Shown one piece after another: positions 20,057 through 30,714 of a stretch of DNA of 56,423 nucleotides. Position 1 is the first letter of the stretch. The number at the start of each line of letters is the position of its first letter. The notes under the pieces are model-generated. The model worked only from the letters and a program-made list of their open reading frames with translations, had not been told where the DNA came from and ran no database searches. Both the position numbers and the translations under genes were made by a program. The DNA lies in assembly GCA_002718655.1 (NCBI GenBank), contig PBFM01000016.1, positions 6,013 to 62,435 of the forward strand, in the 5' to 3' direction. This DNA comes from Fidelibacterota bacterium (GTDB lineage Bacteria; Fidelibacterota; Marinisomatia; Marinisomatales; UBA1611).

Positions 20057-20806
20057 TTACTGCCGTAGTTTGATTTTCAATATTTGCCCATTAACTATTA
20101 TCCATAAGTATGTCAATAGAATCATTGAAAAAATAGATAAATAGTCTATTATGTTGGTTGAGGAAAATTTTAAATAAATTTGGAATGGAATTGATATGGG
20201 TGACCATTTAAGTATAGATTCAAATCCAGGCGGGAAAAATGAAAACTCAATCAAAAAACCAGACCCAAATAAGACAATTATCATCAAAATAAAAAATATA
20301 TAAAAAATAGTGAGAAGATTATCAATAATTAATGTGAATGTTATATAAAGATTTCCAATAAGGAAACAATGTAATATAAAACAAAAAATAAAAAAAATAA
20401 TTGAGGAAATATTGAAAGATGCTGTTATCAAAAACATATATAGCATTGCACTCATCAATATCATCACAGATGTTTCAAGACATGCGACTATCAAATTTGA
20501 GAGGATGATTTTATTTTTACTATAAGGTGATAATGAAATATTCATTAATACTTTATTATTAATCCTAAGCTCAAAAAATTCTCTATATATGACAGGATAT
20601 AAAGTAAAAGAACTTATAATAAATATTAATCCAGGGAATACCCATAAATCATATGGAATTCCAGCTAAACTAAATCTTATAATATTTTTTAAAGGAAGAC
20701 TAATTAATAAAAAAACAAAAATTGGTACTAAAATAAAAAAAAATAAATTTGGCACCATATGATTTTTCCATAAGCATAATCTTCGATATATTAAAGCACT
20801 TATCAT
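20057..20806 (-). CDS. ABC-2 type transporter permease
   Basis: About 6 TM segments with PGL, SG...P...P and SP motifs. Overlaps the stop of the ABC ATPase (ATGA). Confidence 0.75.
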   Translation of the reverse strand: MISALIYRRLCLWKNHMVPNLFFFILVPIFVFLLISLPLKNIIRFSLAGIPYDLWVFPGLIFIISSFTLYPVIYREFFELRINNKVLMNISLSPYSKNKIILSNLIVACLETSVMILMSAMLYMFLITASFNISSIIFFIFCFILHCFLIGNLYITFTLIIDNLLTIFYIFFILMIIVLFGSGFLIEFSFFPPGFESILKWSPISIPFQIYLKFSSTNIIDYLSIFSMILLTYLWIIVNGQILKIKLRQ

Positions 20807-21729
20807 TCGAGACCTCTTCCAGCAAATTCTGAATCAAGTAAATCTCTTAGACCAAGTTTTTGCACATCCAAATCAATCATTATATTTTGGGATGCTACTT
20901 TTATAACATCAAAAAAGACTGTCCTTTTTCTGCCGTAAAAATGGAATATATTATCCAGTCTATTTGGTGAAACTATTGTTGGAATTTTTTTCAAACTTTT
21001 ATATAAGTCATCAGTAAGACTCTCAAATTCAATTTGAAATTGATGATATTCAATTGTACTCTCAAGAAGCTTATCTAGATGACCATCCATTATAATTCTT
21101 CCCTCATGAAAAACAAGTATACGGTCATGTGCTTGTTCTATTTCTCCAATTGAATTGCTTACGTATATAATTGATTTTTTTCCTTTTAATTCTTTTAATA
21201 GTTCCCAGGTTAAGCGTATGGATTCAGCATCCATATATCCTGTGGGTTCATCAATAACCAGTATTTCAGGGTCATGTATCAATGCCCGTACTAGCATAGC
21301 TTTTTTTTGAATTCCACCAGAAACTTTATAAGAATATTGATCTAAATAACTCAGCAAATTGAGCGATGAACAATATTCTTGCATCCTTTCCTTAATTTTC
21401 TTTTTGTCAATTGAGAAGAGACTTGCATTAAAATTTATATTTTGTCTTATGGTAAGCCAGGGGTCTAAATCGTTTTCAAAAGATACATAACCAATTAATT
21501 TTCTGGTCTCATTTCTTCTTTTTGACATATCCAATCCTTGAATGAATACTTGACCGTAATTTGGATTCTCAAATCCAGCAAGTAATTTAAGCAGTATTGA
21601 TTTTCCTGAGTCATTTAGTCCTACAACCGACACCAAACTGCCTCTTTCTATACCAAAGGATAAACCTGCCAAAATGGTTTTATCTCCTATTAATTTTCCA
21701 ACTTTTTTAAGTGTAATACTCGCTTCCAT
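20803..21729 (-). CDS. ABC transporter ATP-binding protein (degenerate Q-loop and H-loop)
   Basis: Walker A GLNDSGKS, signature VSGG, Walker B ILVIDEPT. Confidence 0.9.
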   Translation of the reverse strand: MEASITLKKVGKLIGDKTILAGLSFGIERGSLVSVVGLNDSGKSILLKLLAGFENPNYGQVFIQGLDMSKRRNETRKLIGYVSFENDLDPWLTIRQNINFNASLFSIDKKKIKERMQEYCSSLNLLSYLDQYSYKVSGGIQKKAMLVRALIHDPEILVIDEPTGYMDAESIRLTWELLKELKGKKSIIYVSNSIGEIEQAHDRILVFHEGRIIMDGHLDKLLESTIEYHQFQIEFESLTDDLYKSLKKIPTIVSPNRLDNIFHFYGRKRTVFFDVIKVASQNIMIDLDVQKLGLRDLLDSEFAGRGLE

Positions 21730-21738
21730 ATTCCTAAA

Positions 21739-24459
21739 CTAATGTGCCTCGTACCAAGATTTTCCTATACCAAAGTCTACTACGATTGGTACAGATAATT
21801 TCATTGCATTTTCCATTTTTTTTGTAACTATTTCTATTAAAGCTTTCTCTTCTTCATATGGATATTCAAAAATAAGTTCATCATGTATTTGTAGGACTAA
21901 TTTTGATTTTAGTTTTTTTTCAATTATTTCATTATGAATATCTATCATTGCTAGTTTTATCATCTCTGCTGCAGAACCTTGAATTGGCATATTAATCGCC
22001 ATCCGCTCTGCAGCTTTTCGTCTGAGACTATTGTTTGAATCAGCATCCCAAATTGGACGCTTTCTTCCTAAAATTGTCTCAACATATTTATCTTCTCTAG
22101 CCTTTTTACAAGTAGAATCTATATAATTTTGAATCCCGGGATACTGTTCAAAATAATTTTTTATTAAAGAGCTTGCTTCCGTTCGAGATATACCTAATTC
22201 TTGACCAATGCGAAATGGTCCAGCTCCATATATTATCCCAAAATTAACTATTTTTGCTGTTCGTCTCATTTCTGGGGATACCATTGTAAATGGTACATTA
22301 AAAACAAGGCTTGCAGTTTTAGAATGTATGTCTTCAGCATTTCTAAAGGCATTTATAAGACCCAAATCTTTACTATAATGTGCCATAATCCTTAGTTCAA
22401 TTTGAGAATAATCAGCAGATAATATTTTCCATGCATTATTTTGGGCAATAAAGGATTTTCTTATCTGCTTAGCCTCATCGGTTTTAATTGGAATATTTTG
22501 GAAATTAGGATGCTTACTTGATAACCTACCAGTAGATGCAGTTGTCTGGTTAAAAGTGGAGTGTATCCTATTTGTATCTTTATTTATCAATTTCAATAGG
22601 GAATCAAGATAAGTATTTCTTAGTTTAAAAAATTTCCTGTAATCCAGAATAAATTTTGGTAAATCATGATATTTAACTAATTTTTTTAATACTTCCTCAG
22701 CCGTACTACGCTTTTTTATTTGCGGTAATTTAAGATTATCAAAAAGAATCTTAGCAAGCTGTTGCGTTGAATTAATATTGAACTCCTCATCTGCAAAAAT
22801 AAAAATTTCTTTTCTTAGATAATCTAATTTTTCATCCATATCTTTAGACATTGATGATAACTTTTCAGCATTTACGAAAACTCCATTATACTCCATTTCC
22901 ATTAAAATTGGAATTAAAGGTATTTCTATTTTTTTAAAAAAATCGTAAAGTGAAGAATCTATCAGTCTTTGTCGCAAAATTTCTGTTAGTTGTAAAGTAA
23001 TATCAGCATCCTCTGAAGCATAGAATGCAGCTTTCTCTAAAGGAACTTGCGACATTAGAATTTGGTTTTTACCTTTACCAATTAATTCGACAATTTTTAT
23101 CATCTCATGATTAAGATATTCCAAGCTTAATGTATCAAGAGAGATTGATTTTGCTGCGGGATTCAGAAGATGCGCTGCTATCATTGTATCAAATACAATA
23201 CCATTTACGTTTACTCCATGCCTTCTAAGTATATGAATATCATATTTAATATTTTGCCCAGTTTTTTTTATTGATTCATCCTCAAAAATATTCCTTAATT
23301 TATTAAGTACAATAGACAAATCATCTTTACCAAAATTATTTTTCTCCTTTTCAAGATACATTATTGGAACATACCAAGCTTTATTATTTTCAACCGAAAA
23401 ACTAAGTCCCACAATTTCAGCTTTTGTAGGCTCTACACTCGTAGTTTCAAGATCTATGGAAATTAGTTTTGACTTATCTAAATCTTTAACCATCTTCTCC
23501 AATGCACTTTGTTCTAGAACTAAAATATAATCTTTTTTTTGGTTGATTTTATTGGCCCTCATTTTATTACCATTTGAAAATTGATTCACAAATGCTTGGA
23601 ATTCTAATTCTTTAAATTTTGCAAGACATAAATCATTATCCATATCTTTTTTTTCATAATTTTGCATATCAGTGTTTATTTTAACATCTAACAAAATCGT
23701 TACTAAATTTTTGCTTAGCAATGCATTGTCAATGCCATTTAACAACCCCTCTCTTGCTCTTTTATTCTGGACTTGATTAGCATTTTTTAATGCACCTTCT
23801 AAAGATCCATATTTTTTAATTAGTTTAACAGCTGTCTTTTCTCCAACACCAGCAACTCCAGGAACATTGTCTGAACTATCTCCCATTAACCCAAGTAAAT
23901 CAATTATTTTATCAGGTGGGACACCCCATTTTTGTTTAACTTTTTCCGAATTATAAATAATTGGCTTAGGTTCTTTTTTTGTACCTGGGGCATATAAGTA
24001 AATATTATCATTTATTAATTGCATAAAGTCTTTATCACCACTAACTATATAAGCATCAAGTCCCATTTTCTGTGCATTCGTAGCTAAGGTTCCGATTATG
24101 TCGTCCGCTTCAAAGCCAACTTTTTTCAGTACAGGTATTCTCATAGATTCAAGTATTTCCCATAAATGAGGTAATTGCAGTTGTAATTCTTCTGGCATTG
24201 GTGGTCGATTTGCTTTATAGTCTTTATACATTTTATGACGGAATGTTTTTCCTTTCGAATCAAATACGCAGGCGAAATAATCAGGATTTTCATCTTTGAT
24301 AATTTTAAATAATTGGTTAACAAAACCAAATAGTGCACTAGTATTTAAACCATAACTTGTAATTAATGGGTTACGTATAAGAGCAAAATGTGCTCTGAAT
24401 AAAAGAGCGTAACCATCAATCATAAAAAATCGTTTTTGAACTGTTTTATTTAAACACAT
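21739..24459 (-). CDS. polA: DNA polymerase I
   Basis: 5'-3' exonuclease (IDG..L.FRAHFA, EADDIIGT, GDKD), 3'-5' exonuclease (DLETT), polymerase motifs DYSQIELR, AKIVNFGIIYG and QIHDEL. Confidence 0.98.
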   Translation of the reverse strand: MCLNKTVQKRFFMIDGYALLFRAHFALIRNPLITSYGLNTSALFGFVNQLFKIIKDENPDYFACVFDSKGKTFRHKMYKDYKANRPPMPEELQLQLPHLWEILESMRIPVLKKVGFEADDIIGTLATNAQKMGLDAYIVSGDKDFMQLINDNIYLYAPGTKKEPKPIIYNSEKVKQKWGVPPDKIIDLLGLMGDSSDNVPGVAGVGEKTAVKLIKKYGSLEGALKNANQVQNKRAREGLLNGIDNALLSKNLVTILLDVKINTDMQNYEKKDMDNDLCLAKFKELEFQAFVNQFSNGNKMRANKINQKKDYILVLEQSALEKMVKDLDKSKLISIDLETTSVEPTKAEIVGLSFSVENNKAWYVPIMYLEKEKNNFGKDDLSIVLNKLRNIFEDESIKKTGQNIKYDIHILRRHGVNVNGIVFDTMIAAHLLNPAAKSISLDTLSLEYLNHEMIKIVELIGKGKNQILMSQVPLEKAAFYASEDADITLQLTEILRQRLIDSSLYDFFKKIEIPLIPILMEMEYNGVFVNAEKLSSMSKDMDEKLDYLRKEIFIFADEEFNINSTQQLAKILFDNLKLPQIKKRSTAEEVLKKLVKYHDLPKFILDYRKFFKLRNTYLDSLLKLINKDTNRIHSTFNQTTASTGRLSSKHPNFQNIPIKTDEAKQIRKSFIAQNNAWKILSADYSQIELRIMAHYSKDLGLINAFRNAEDIHSKTASLVFNVPFTMVSPEMRRTAKIVNFGIIYGAGPFRIGQELGISRTEASSLIKNYFEQYPGIQNYIDSTCKKAREDKYVETILGRKRPIWDADSNNSLRRKAAERMAINMPIQGSAAEMIKLAMIDIHNEIIEKKLKSKLVLQIHDELIFEYPYEEEKALIEIVTKKMENAMKLSVPIVVDFGIGKSWYEAH

Positions 24460-24511
24460 GAGGAAGAAATTACAGAGTATAGATAATACCTCCCATACCC
24501 TATTTAAATGT

Positions 24512-24542
24512 AAAAAGCCTCGAGTGTTTCGAGGCTTTTTTT
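24512..24542 (-). terminator. Rho-independent terminator downstream of groEL (potentially bidirectional)
   Basis: AAAAAGCCTCGA-GTGTT-TCGAGGCTTTTT inverted repeat with flanking A/T tracts. Confidence 0.85.
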
Positions 24543-24571
24543 ACATACAATCGATTTGGCAAAAAGATGAT

Positions 24572-26504
<1,933 letters not shown>

Positions 26505-26554
26505 CTTTGTCTCCTTATACGTTTTTTTAATTAAATTATTGATAAAATCGGCGG

Positions 26555-26562
26555 CAAACTTA
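26555..26562 (-). promoter_or_regulatory. Putative TAnnTTTG housekeeping promoter box for groES
   Basis: TAAGTTTG(C) on the minus strand about 50 nt upstream of the groES start. Confidence 0.35.
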
Positions 26563-26616
26563 ACATCACAGATACAACGTTCATAATATTTTATACACCG
26601 ATTTACTATTATGCTG

Positions 26617-26634
26617 TTGCAAAAAACATACCAA
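26617..26634 (-). promoter_or_regulatory. Putative sigma54 (-24/-12) promoter for groES-groEL
   Basis: Minus strand TTGGTATGTTTTTTGCAA has exact GG-N10-GC spacing, about 115 nt upstream of groES. Confidence 0.6.
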
Positions 26635-26675
26635 AGGAAAATTTGATTCATTTTGTAATACCAAAATAAATTATA

Positions 26676-26688
26676 TGTCATTTTGTCA
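26676..26688 (-). promoter_or_regulatory. TGACA-N3-TGACA direct repeat, candidate regulator-binding site
   Basis: TGACAAAATGACA on the minus strand about 45 nt upstream of the -24 element. Confidence 0.4.
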
Positions 26689-26700
26689 TTTATTTATAAT

Positions 26701-27138
26701 TTATTTTCCTGTAGAACCAAAACCTCCAGTACCTCTTTCAGAATTACTTAACTCACTTACGAGCTCAAAAGAGATTAAACTTCCATCAATTGCAACTAGC
26801 TGGAATAATCTTTGCCCAATATCTAGTTGATATGTTTCATTCTTTATATTGTCAACTGCTGCCATTATTTCACCTCTATACCCTGCATCAATTAAACCTA
26901 TAGAGTTACACATACGAAGTGGGGTTTTTGAAATGCTAGATCTCGGAATCAAAAAATATGATTTATTATCTAAATTTTCACATGATATACCAAGCCTAAT
27001 TCGCTCGGTTTGGCCAGGGTTGATCACTTGCTCTTGAACAATAAACAAATCTAACCCCGCATCACCATGGTGAAAATGACCATGATTCTCATACATTTCT
27101 CGAATACTAGAATTGAAAGGTTTTATTTTTAAAAACAT
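26701..27138 (-). CDS. dut: Trimeric dUTP diphosphatase
   Basis: Motifs GDAGLDL, PRSSISK, GLIDAGYRGE, QRLFQLV and RGTGGFGSTG. Confidence 0.96.
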   Translation of the reverse strand: MFLKIKPFNSSIREMYENHGHFHHGDAGLDLFIVQEQVINPGQTERIRLGISCENLDNKSYFLIPRSSISKTPLRMCNSIGLIDAGYRGEIMAAVDNIKNETYQLDIGQRLFQLVAIDGSLISFELVSELSNSERGTGGFGSTGK

Positions 27139-27145
27139 ATTTATC

Positions 27146-28009
27146 CTAAGTTTTTAATATTTTTTTTAATCTTACTAAGTGACCTGGGGAAGAGCCACAG
27201 CATAGACCAATAATATCTGGATTGAGGGAAACAATTGAAGTAAGTGCATTATGGAATTTAGATTTATCAATTATTGCAAAATACTCATTTTTATAATCAA
27301 CATTCCCAAGATTTGGATATACTCCCCAATTTCCATCCCAAAATCTTAAGAAACTTTTCAATACACTGATTGTAGTATCTATTTGATTACAATTACTTAG
27401 CAAATAATCTACTCTATATTCTTTGATGATTTGAAATAGTTTTTCTATATGTGTATCATCCAAAAGATGATTTTTATCTTTCATAATTATACTGAGCCAT
27501 AATGGCTTATCATAACTCTGAGCAATATCTAAAGCGCATTTGATTTCTATTATATTTCCCATTGTTTCAAATAAAAAGATGTCAACACCAGCATCAGATA
27601 GCCATTCTAATGCATATCCATATGTATCCTCGGCTATTGATTTTCCTGGGAAATTTTGGGGCAAATAACAATCATCAACTGAAGTTATCGATCCAAGAAT
27701 CTTAATAGAATTCTTAACTACATCTTGGGCACAGTTTACAGCAGCATAAAGACCTTTTTTTGCAAGTTCCCTGGAAATTCTATCACTGTAACCTGCTTTT
27801 CTATACGTCCAGAAAGTTGATCTAAATGTATTTGTTGTAATAACATCTGAACCTGCATCTACATAGTCCTTATGTATATCTTTTACGATTTCAGGAAATT
27901 CAATATTTGCATTTGCTGACCAGAGAGGTAATGAAACCTCAACTCCACGTTTTTGTAATTCAGTACCCATGGCACCATCCATAATTAATATTTTTTTCAA
28001 GGGAATCAC
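27146..28009 (-). CDS. Homocysteine S-methyltransferase family protein (MmuM/BHMT-like, stand-alone)
   Basis: IMDGAMGTEL, LWSA, H.DYV.AGSDVITTNTF, FET, and Zn ligands NC and GLCCG. GTG start overlapping the permease stop. Confidence 0.9.
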   Translation of the reverse strand: MIPLKKILIMDGAMGTELQKRGVEVSLPLWSANANIEFPEIVKDIHKDYVDAGSDVITTNTFRSTFWTYRKAGYSDRISRELAKKGLYAAVNCAQDVVKNSIKILGSITSVDDCYLPQNFPGKSIAEDTYGYALEWLSDAGVDIFLFETMGNIIEIKCALDIAQSYDKPLWLSIIMKDKNHLLDDTHIEKLFQIIKEYRVDYLLSNCNQIDTTISVLKSFLRFWDGNWGVYPNLGNVDYKNEYFAIIDKSKFHNALTSIVSLNPDIIGLCCGSSPGHLVRLKKILKT

Positions 28010-29304
28010 CTTCTAACCTTTAAAATATTAAATCCAATAATACTAATAGTTATAATTCCTAAACTGATTAATGATTCAAATATGGATTCCAAAAAGGAAT
28101 AATATAATATCCACAGATTAACAACTAGAAAAGTCAGAGGAACGATTGGATAACCCAACACCTTATATGGCCTCTTTAATTCCGGTTCCTTATACCTTAA
28201 AACAAATAGTGATAAAACCGTAAGGGTTGTTGTCATGATCAATGAAATTCCAGCGTACATCAATATTTGTTCGAATGACGATGTAAATATCATGGAAATT
28301 GATAGGATAAGCTGTAACCAAAATGCATTAATGGGAATATTATTTGAGTTTTTATGCTTTAATAGGCTTAAGAACCAATGATCTTCCCCCATTATTTGCA
28401 TTATCCTCGGTCCAATATATACATAACTACTTATGGTTGATAATAATATGATAGATATTCCTCCACTCATAATTAAACCACCAAATTCACCAAATATTTG
28501 TATACCTGCTATGTAACCTATTTCAACCTGACCTGTTAATAAATCCATAGGGGTCGAATAAAGAAATATATAATTTAATAAAACATAAAGTAGCATTACC
28601 AGAAGAGTAGATATAACCATTGTTCTGGTTATATTTTTCCTTGGATTAGAAATTTCACTTGCAATGTAGATTACAGAATTCCATCCAGTATATGCATACG
28701 AAACCCAAACCAAACCAATTGCAAAACTTGGACTCATAATTATTAGAAAATCAGAAGCATTTGGATAAATTGATATTTTTTGAGGATTATCAAATAAAAA
28801 TCCAAATCCAATAAAAACAATAATAAGGCCAATTTTTATAATTGTAGATATATCTTGAAAAATAGTTCCCCATTTAATACTAGTCATATGTATTAAATGC
28901 AATATCATTATTACAAAAAAAGCAATAAATGATTCATCAAGATTTGGTATAACTGCATTAAAATAATTTCCCAATGCAATTGCAGCTAATACTGCAGGCG
29001 CAGTAAAACCAACAGTTGCAGAAACTACCCCTGCTGCAAACCCTATTGAAGGATGCAGCACACGTCCTAGTAAATGATATTCTCCACCAGATCTAGGGAA
29101 AACAGTACCAAGTTCTCCATAGGTTAATGAACCAGTTAAAGCAATAAATCCACCAATAATCCATAAAATTAAAAGAGGAAATATTGATTGTATGTTTAGT
29201 AGTTGATATCCCAGACTAGTAAATACTCCAGTTCCAATCATTGATGCTACAATGAAAGAAGTAGCTGTAAAATATGAAATATGGCGACCAGATTTAATGG
29301 CCAT
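28006..29304 (-). CDS. APC-family amino acid permease
   Basis: SMIGTGVF, YGELG..FPRSGGEY, YAYTGWN, RPYKV.GYP. About 12 TM segments. Confidence 0.92.
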   Translation of the reverse strand: MAIKSGRHISYFTATSFIVASMIGTGVFTSLGYQLLNIQSIFPLLILWIIGGFIALTGSLTYGELGTVFPRSGGEYHLLGRVLHPSIGFAAGVVSATVGFTAPAVLAAIALGNYFNAVIPNLDESFIAFFVIMILHLIHMTSIKWGTIFQDISTIIKIGLIIVFIGFGFLFDNPQKISIYPNASDFLIIMSPSFAIGLVWVSYAYTGWNSVIYIASEISNPRKNITRTMVISTLLVMLLYVLLNYIFLYSTPMDLLTGQVEIGYIAGIQIFGEFGGLIMSGGISIILLSTISSYVYIGPRIMQIMGEDHWFLSLLKHKNSNNIPINAFWLQLILSISMIFTSSFEQILMYAGISLIMTTTLTVLSLFVLRYKEPELKRPYKVLGYPIVPLTFLVVNLWILYYSFLESIFESLISLGIITISIIGFNILKVRR

Positions 29305-29310
29305 AAATGA

Positions 29311-29676
29311 TTAGTGCCTATATATATTATAAAACAAATTGAGCCAGCCTAGTACAAGAAAGATTCCACCAATAGGGGTAATTGCACCCATCCATCTTAT
29401 ATTTGCTAGGACTAAAATATATAAGCTGCCAGAAAATATCAATGTACCAAAAAACAATAAAGATGCTGAAGTTCTTATAATGCTATGAGGTACATGAAAA
29501 CCAATGATTCCAATTAGCATAATACCAAGAGAGTGATACATTTGATATCTTACACCAGTCTCAAATATATTAAGATTCTCTACGGATACTTTTGATTTAA
29601 TTAAATGAGCTCCAAAAGCACCAAATATTATTGATAATGATGCCATTGCTGATCCTATGTATAAACAAATTTTCAT
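29311..29676 (-). CDS. DUF423 (YgdD/TMEM256-like) membrane protein
   Basis: GAFGAH, FETGVRYQMYH, FSGSLY, GAITPIGG. Confidence 0.92.
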   Translation of the reverse strand: MKICLYIGSAMASLSIIFGAFGAHLIKSKVSVENLNIFETGVRYQMYHSLGIMLIGIIGFHVPHSIIRTSASLLFFGTLIFSGSLYILVLANIRWMGAITPIGGIFLVLGWLNLFYNIYRH

Positions 29677-30704
29677 TAATTCGTTTTTTGTTGAATAATT
29701 GTCTGCGTTGGATATGGAATTTCAATACCCTCTGAAGAAAATCGTTTATGTACCTTTTTAATAAATTCATGAATTATTGGATTTTGATCTCCATATTTAT
29801 TTCCTCTGAAATAGACAGCTAAATCTATGCTAGATGACCCAAATAATTTGAATTTAAAGGATGGATTGGATTCTTTATTAACCTCATCCATGCTTTCATA
29901 AATTTCCTTTGCAACTTCCATCACTACTTTACTTACATGCTCAAGGTCTGAATCATATGATACACTGAGAGGAATTTTCACAGAGAAACTTGGATCTCCA
30001 CTATCATAATTTTTGATAATTGCAGTTGAAAGTTTTGTATTGGGAATATGAATTACATTATTTGACCTTTCCATCATTTTTGTATTTCGCCAACTAATAT
30101 TTTCTATATAACCCATTTCACCAGAATCCAAGCTGACAAAATCACCTGGTTCAACTTTTTTACTTAGTAAAATATGCAGACCAGCAAAAACATCAGATAA
30201 TGTATCCTTGAGTGCTAAAGATACAGCTAATCCACCTACGCCTAATGCTGTAAGCATTGGTGCAATTGATATGTTTAAATTTTCTAAAATAATGAGAATT
30301 CCAATAACATATATTGTTATCCAAACAATATTTGTAAAAATTGTAGTGGAGGGGAAACCACCGCCTTGTTTTTTTGACCATAAATCTAATAGTCCAACAA
30401 TAAGTTTAGAACAAGCATGGGTAATTGAAGCAATCAATAAAATTTGTAAACCATTTCCTATGTACGAAAAATATTCTTCAGGAATGGGCATGTCTCTTAT
30501 TGAAAGTGATAGGCCTAATAAGAAGAACCAAAATATTATTTGCGATTCTAGTGAAGAAATTATAATGTCATCACCCTTCCAACTTGTACGCTCTGCAAGC
30601 CTAGTGAGTTTTGTTCTGACAAACGTTTTAAATATTACACCAATTATCATCATACTAACGATGATAATTAAAGGTGTTAACCAAACATCAAATGAATATT
30701 CCAA
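29676..30704 (-). CDS. Small-conductance mechanosensitive channel (MscS family)
   Basis: ALGVGGLAVSLALKDTLSDVFAG, GD.V, I.WR.T, IPN, GIEIPYP. TTG start with AGGAG RBS. Confidence 0.93.
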   Translation of the reverse strand: MEYSFDVWLTPLIIIVSMMIIGVIFKTFVRTKLTRLAERTSWKGDDIIISSLESQIIFWFFLLGLSLSIRDMPIPEEYFSYIGNGLQILLIASITHACSKLIVGLLDLWSKKQGGGFPSTTIFTNIVWITIYVIGILIILENLNISIAPMLTALGVGGLAVSLALKDTLSDVFAGLHILLSKKVEPGDFVSLDSGEMGYIENISWRNTKMMERSNNVIHIPNTKLSTAIIKNYDSGDPSFSVKIPLSVSYDSDLEHVSKVVMEVAKEIYESMDEVNKESNPSFKFKLFGSSSIDLAVYFRGNKYGDQNPIIHEFIKKVHKRFSSEGIEIPYPTQTIIQQKTN

Positions 30705-30714
30705 TCAAAACTCC

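Noticed and set aside
26505-26681. 59-aa N-terminal extension of GroES in the ORF track
   Set aside because: A clear RBS precedes ATG 26504, and the extension covers promoter DNA.
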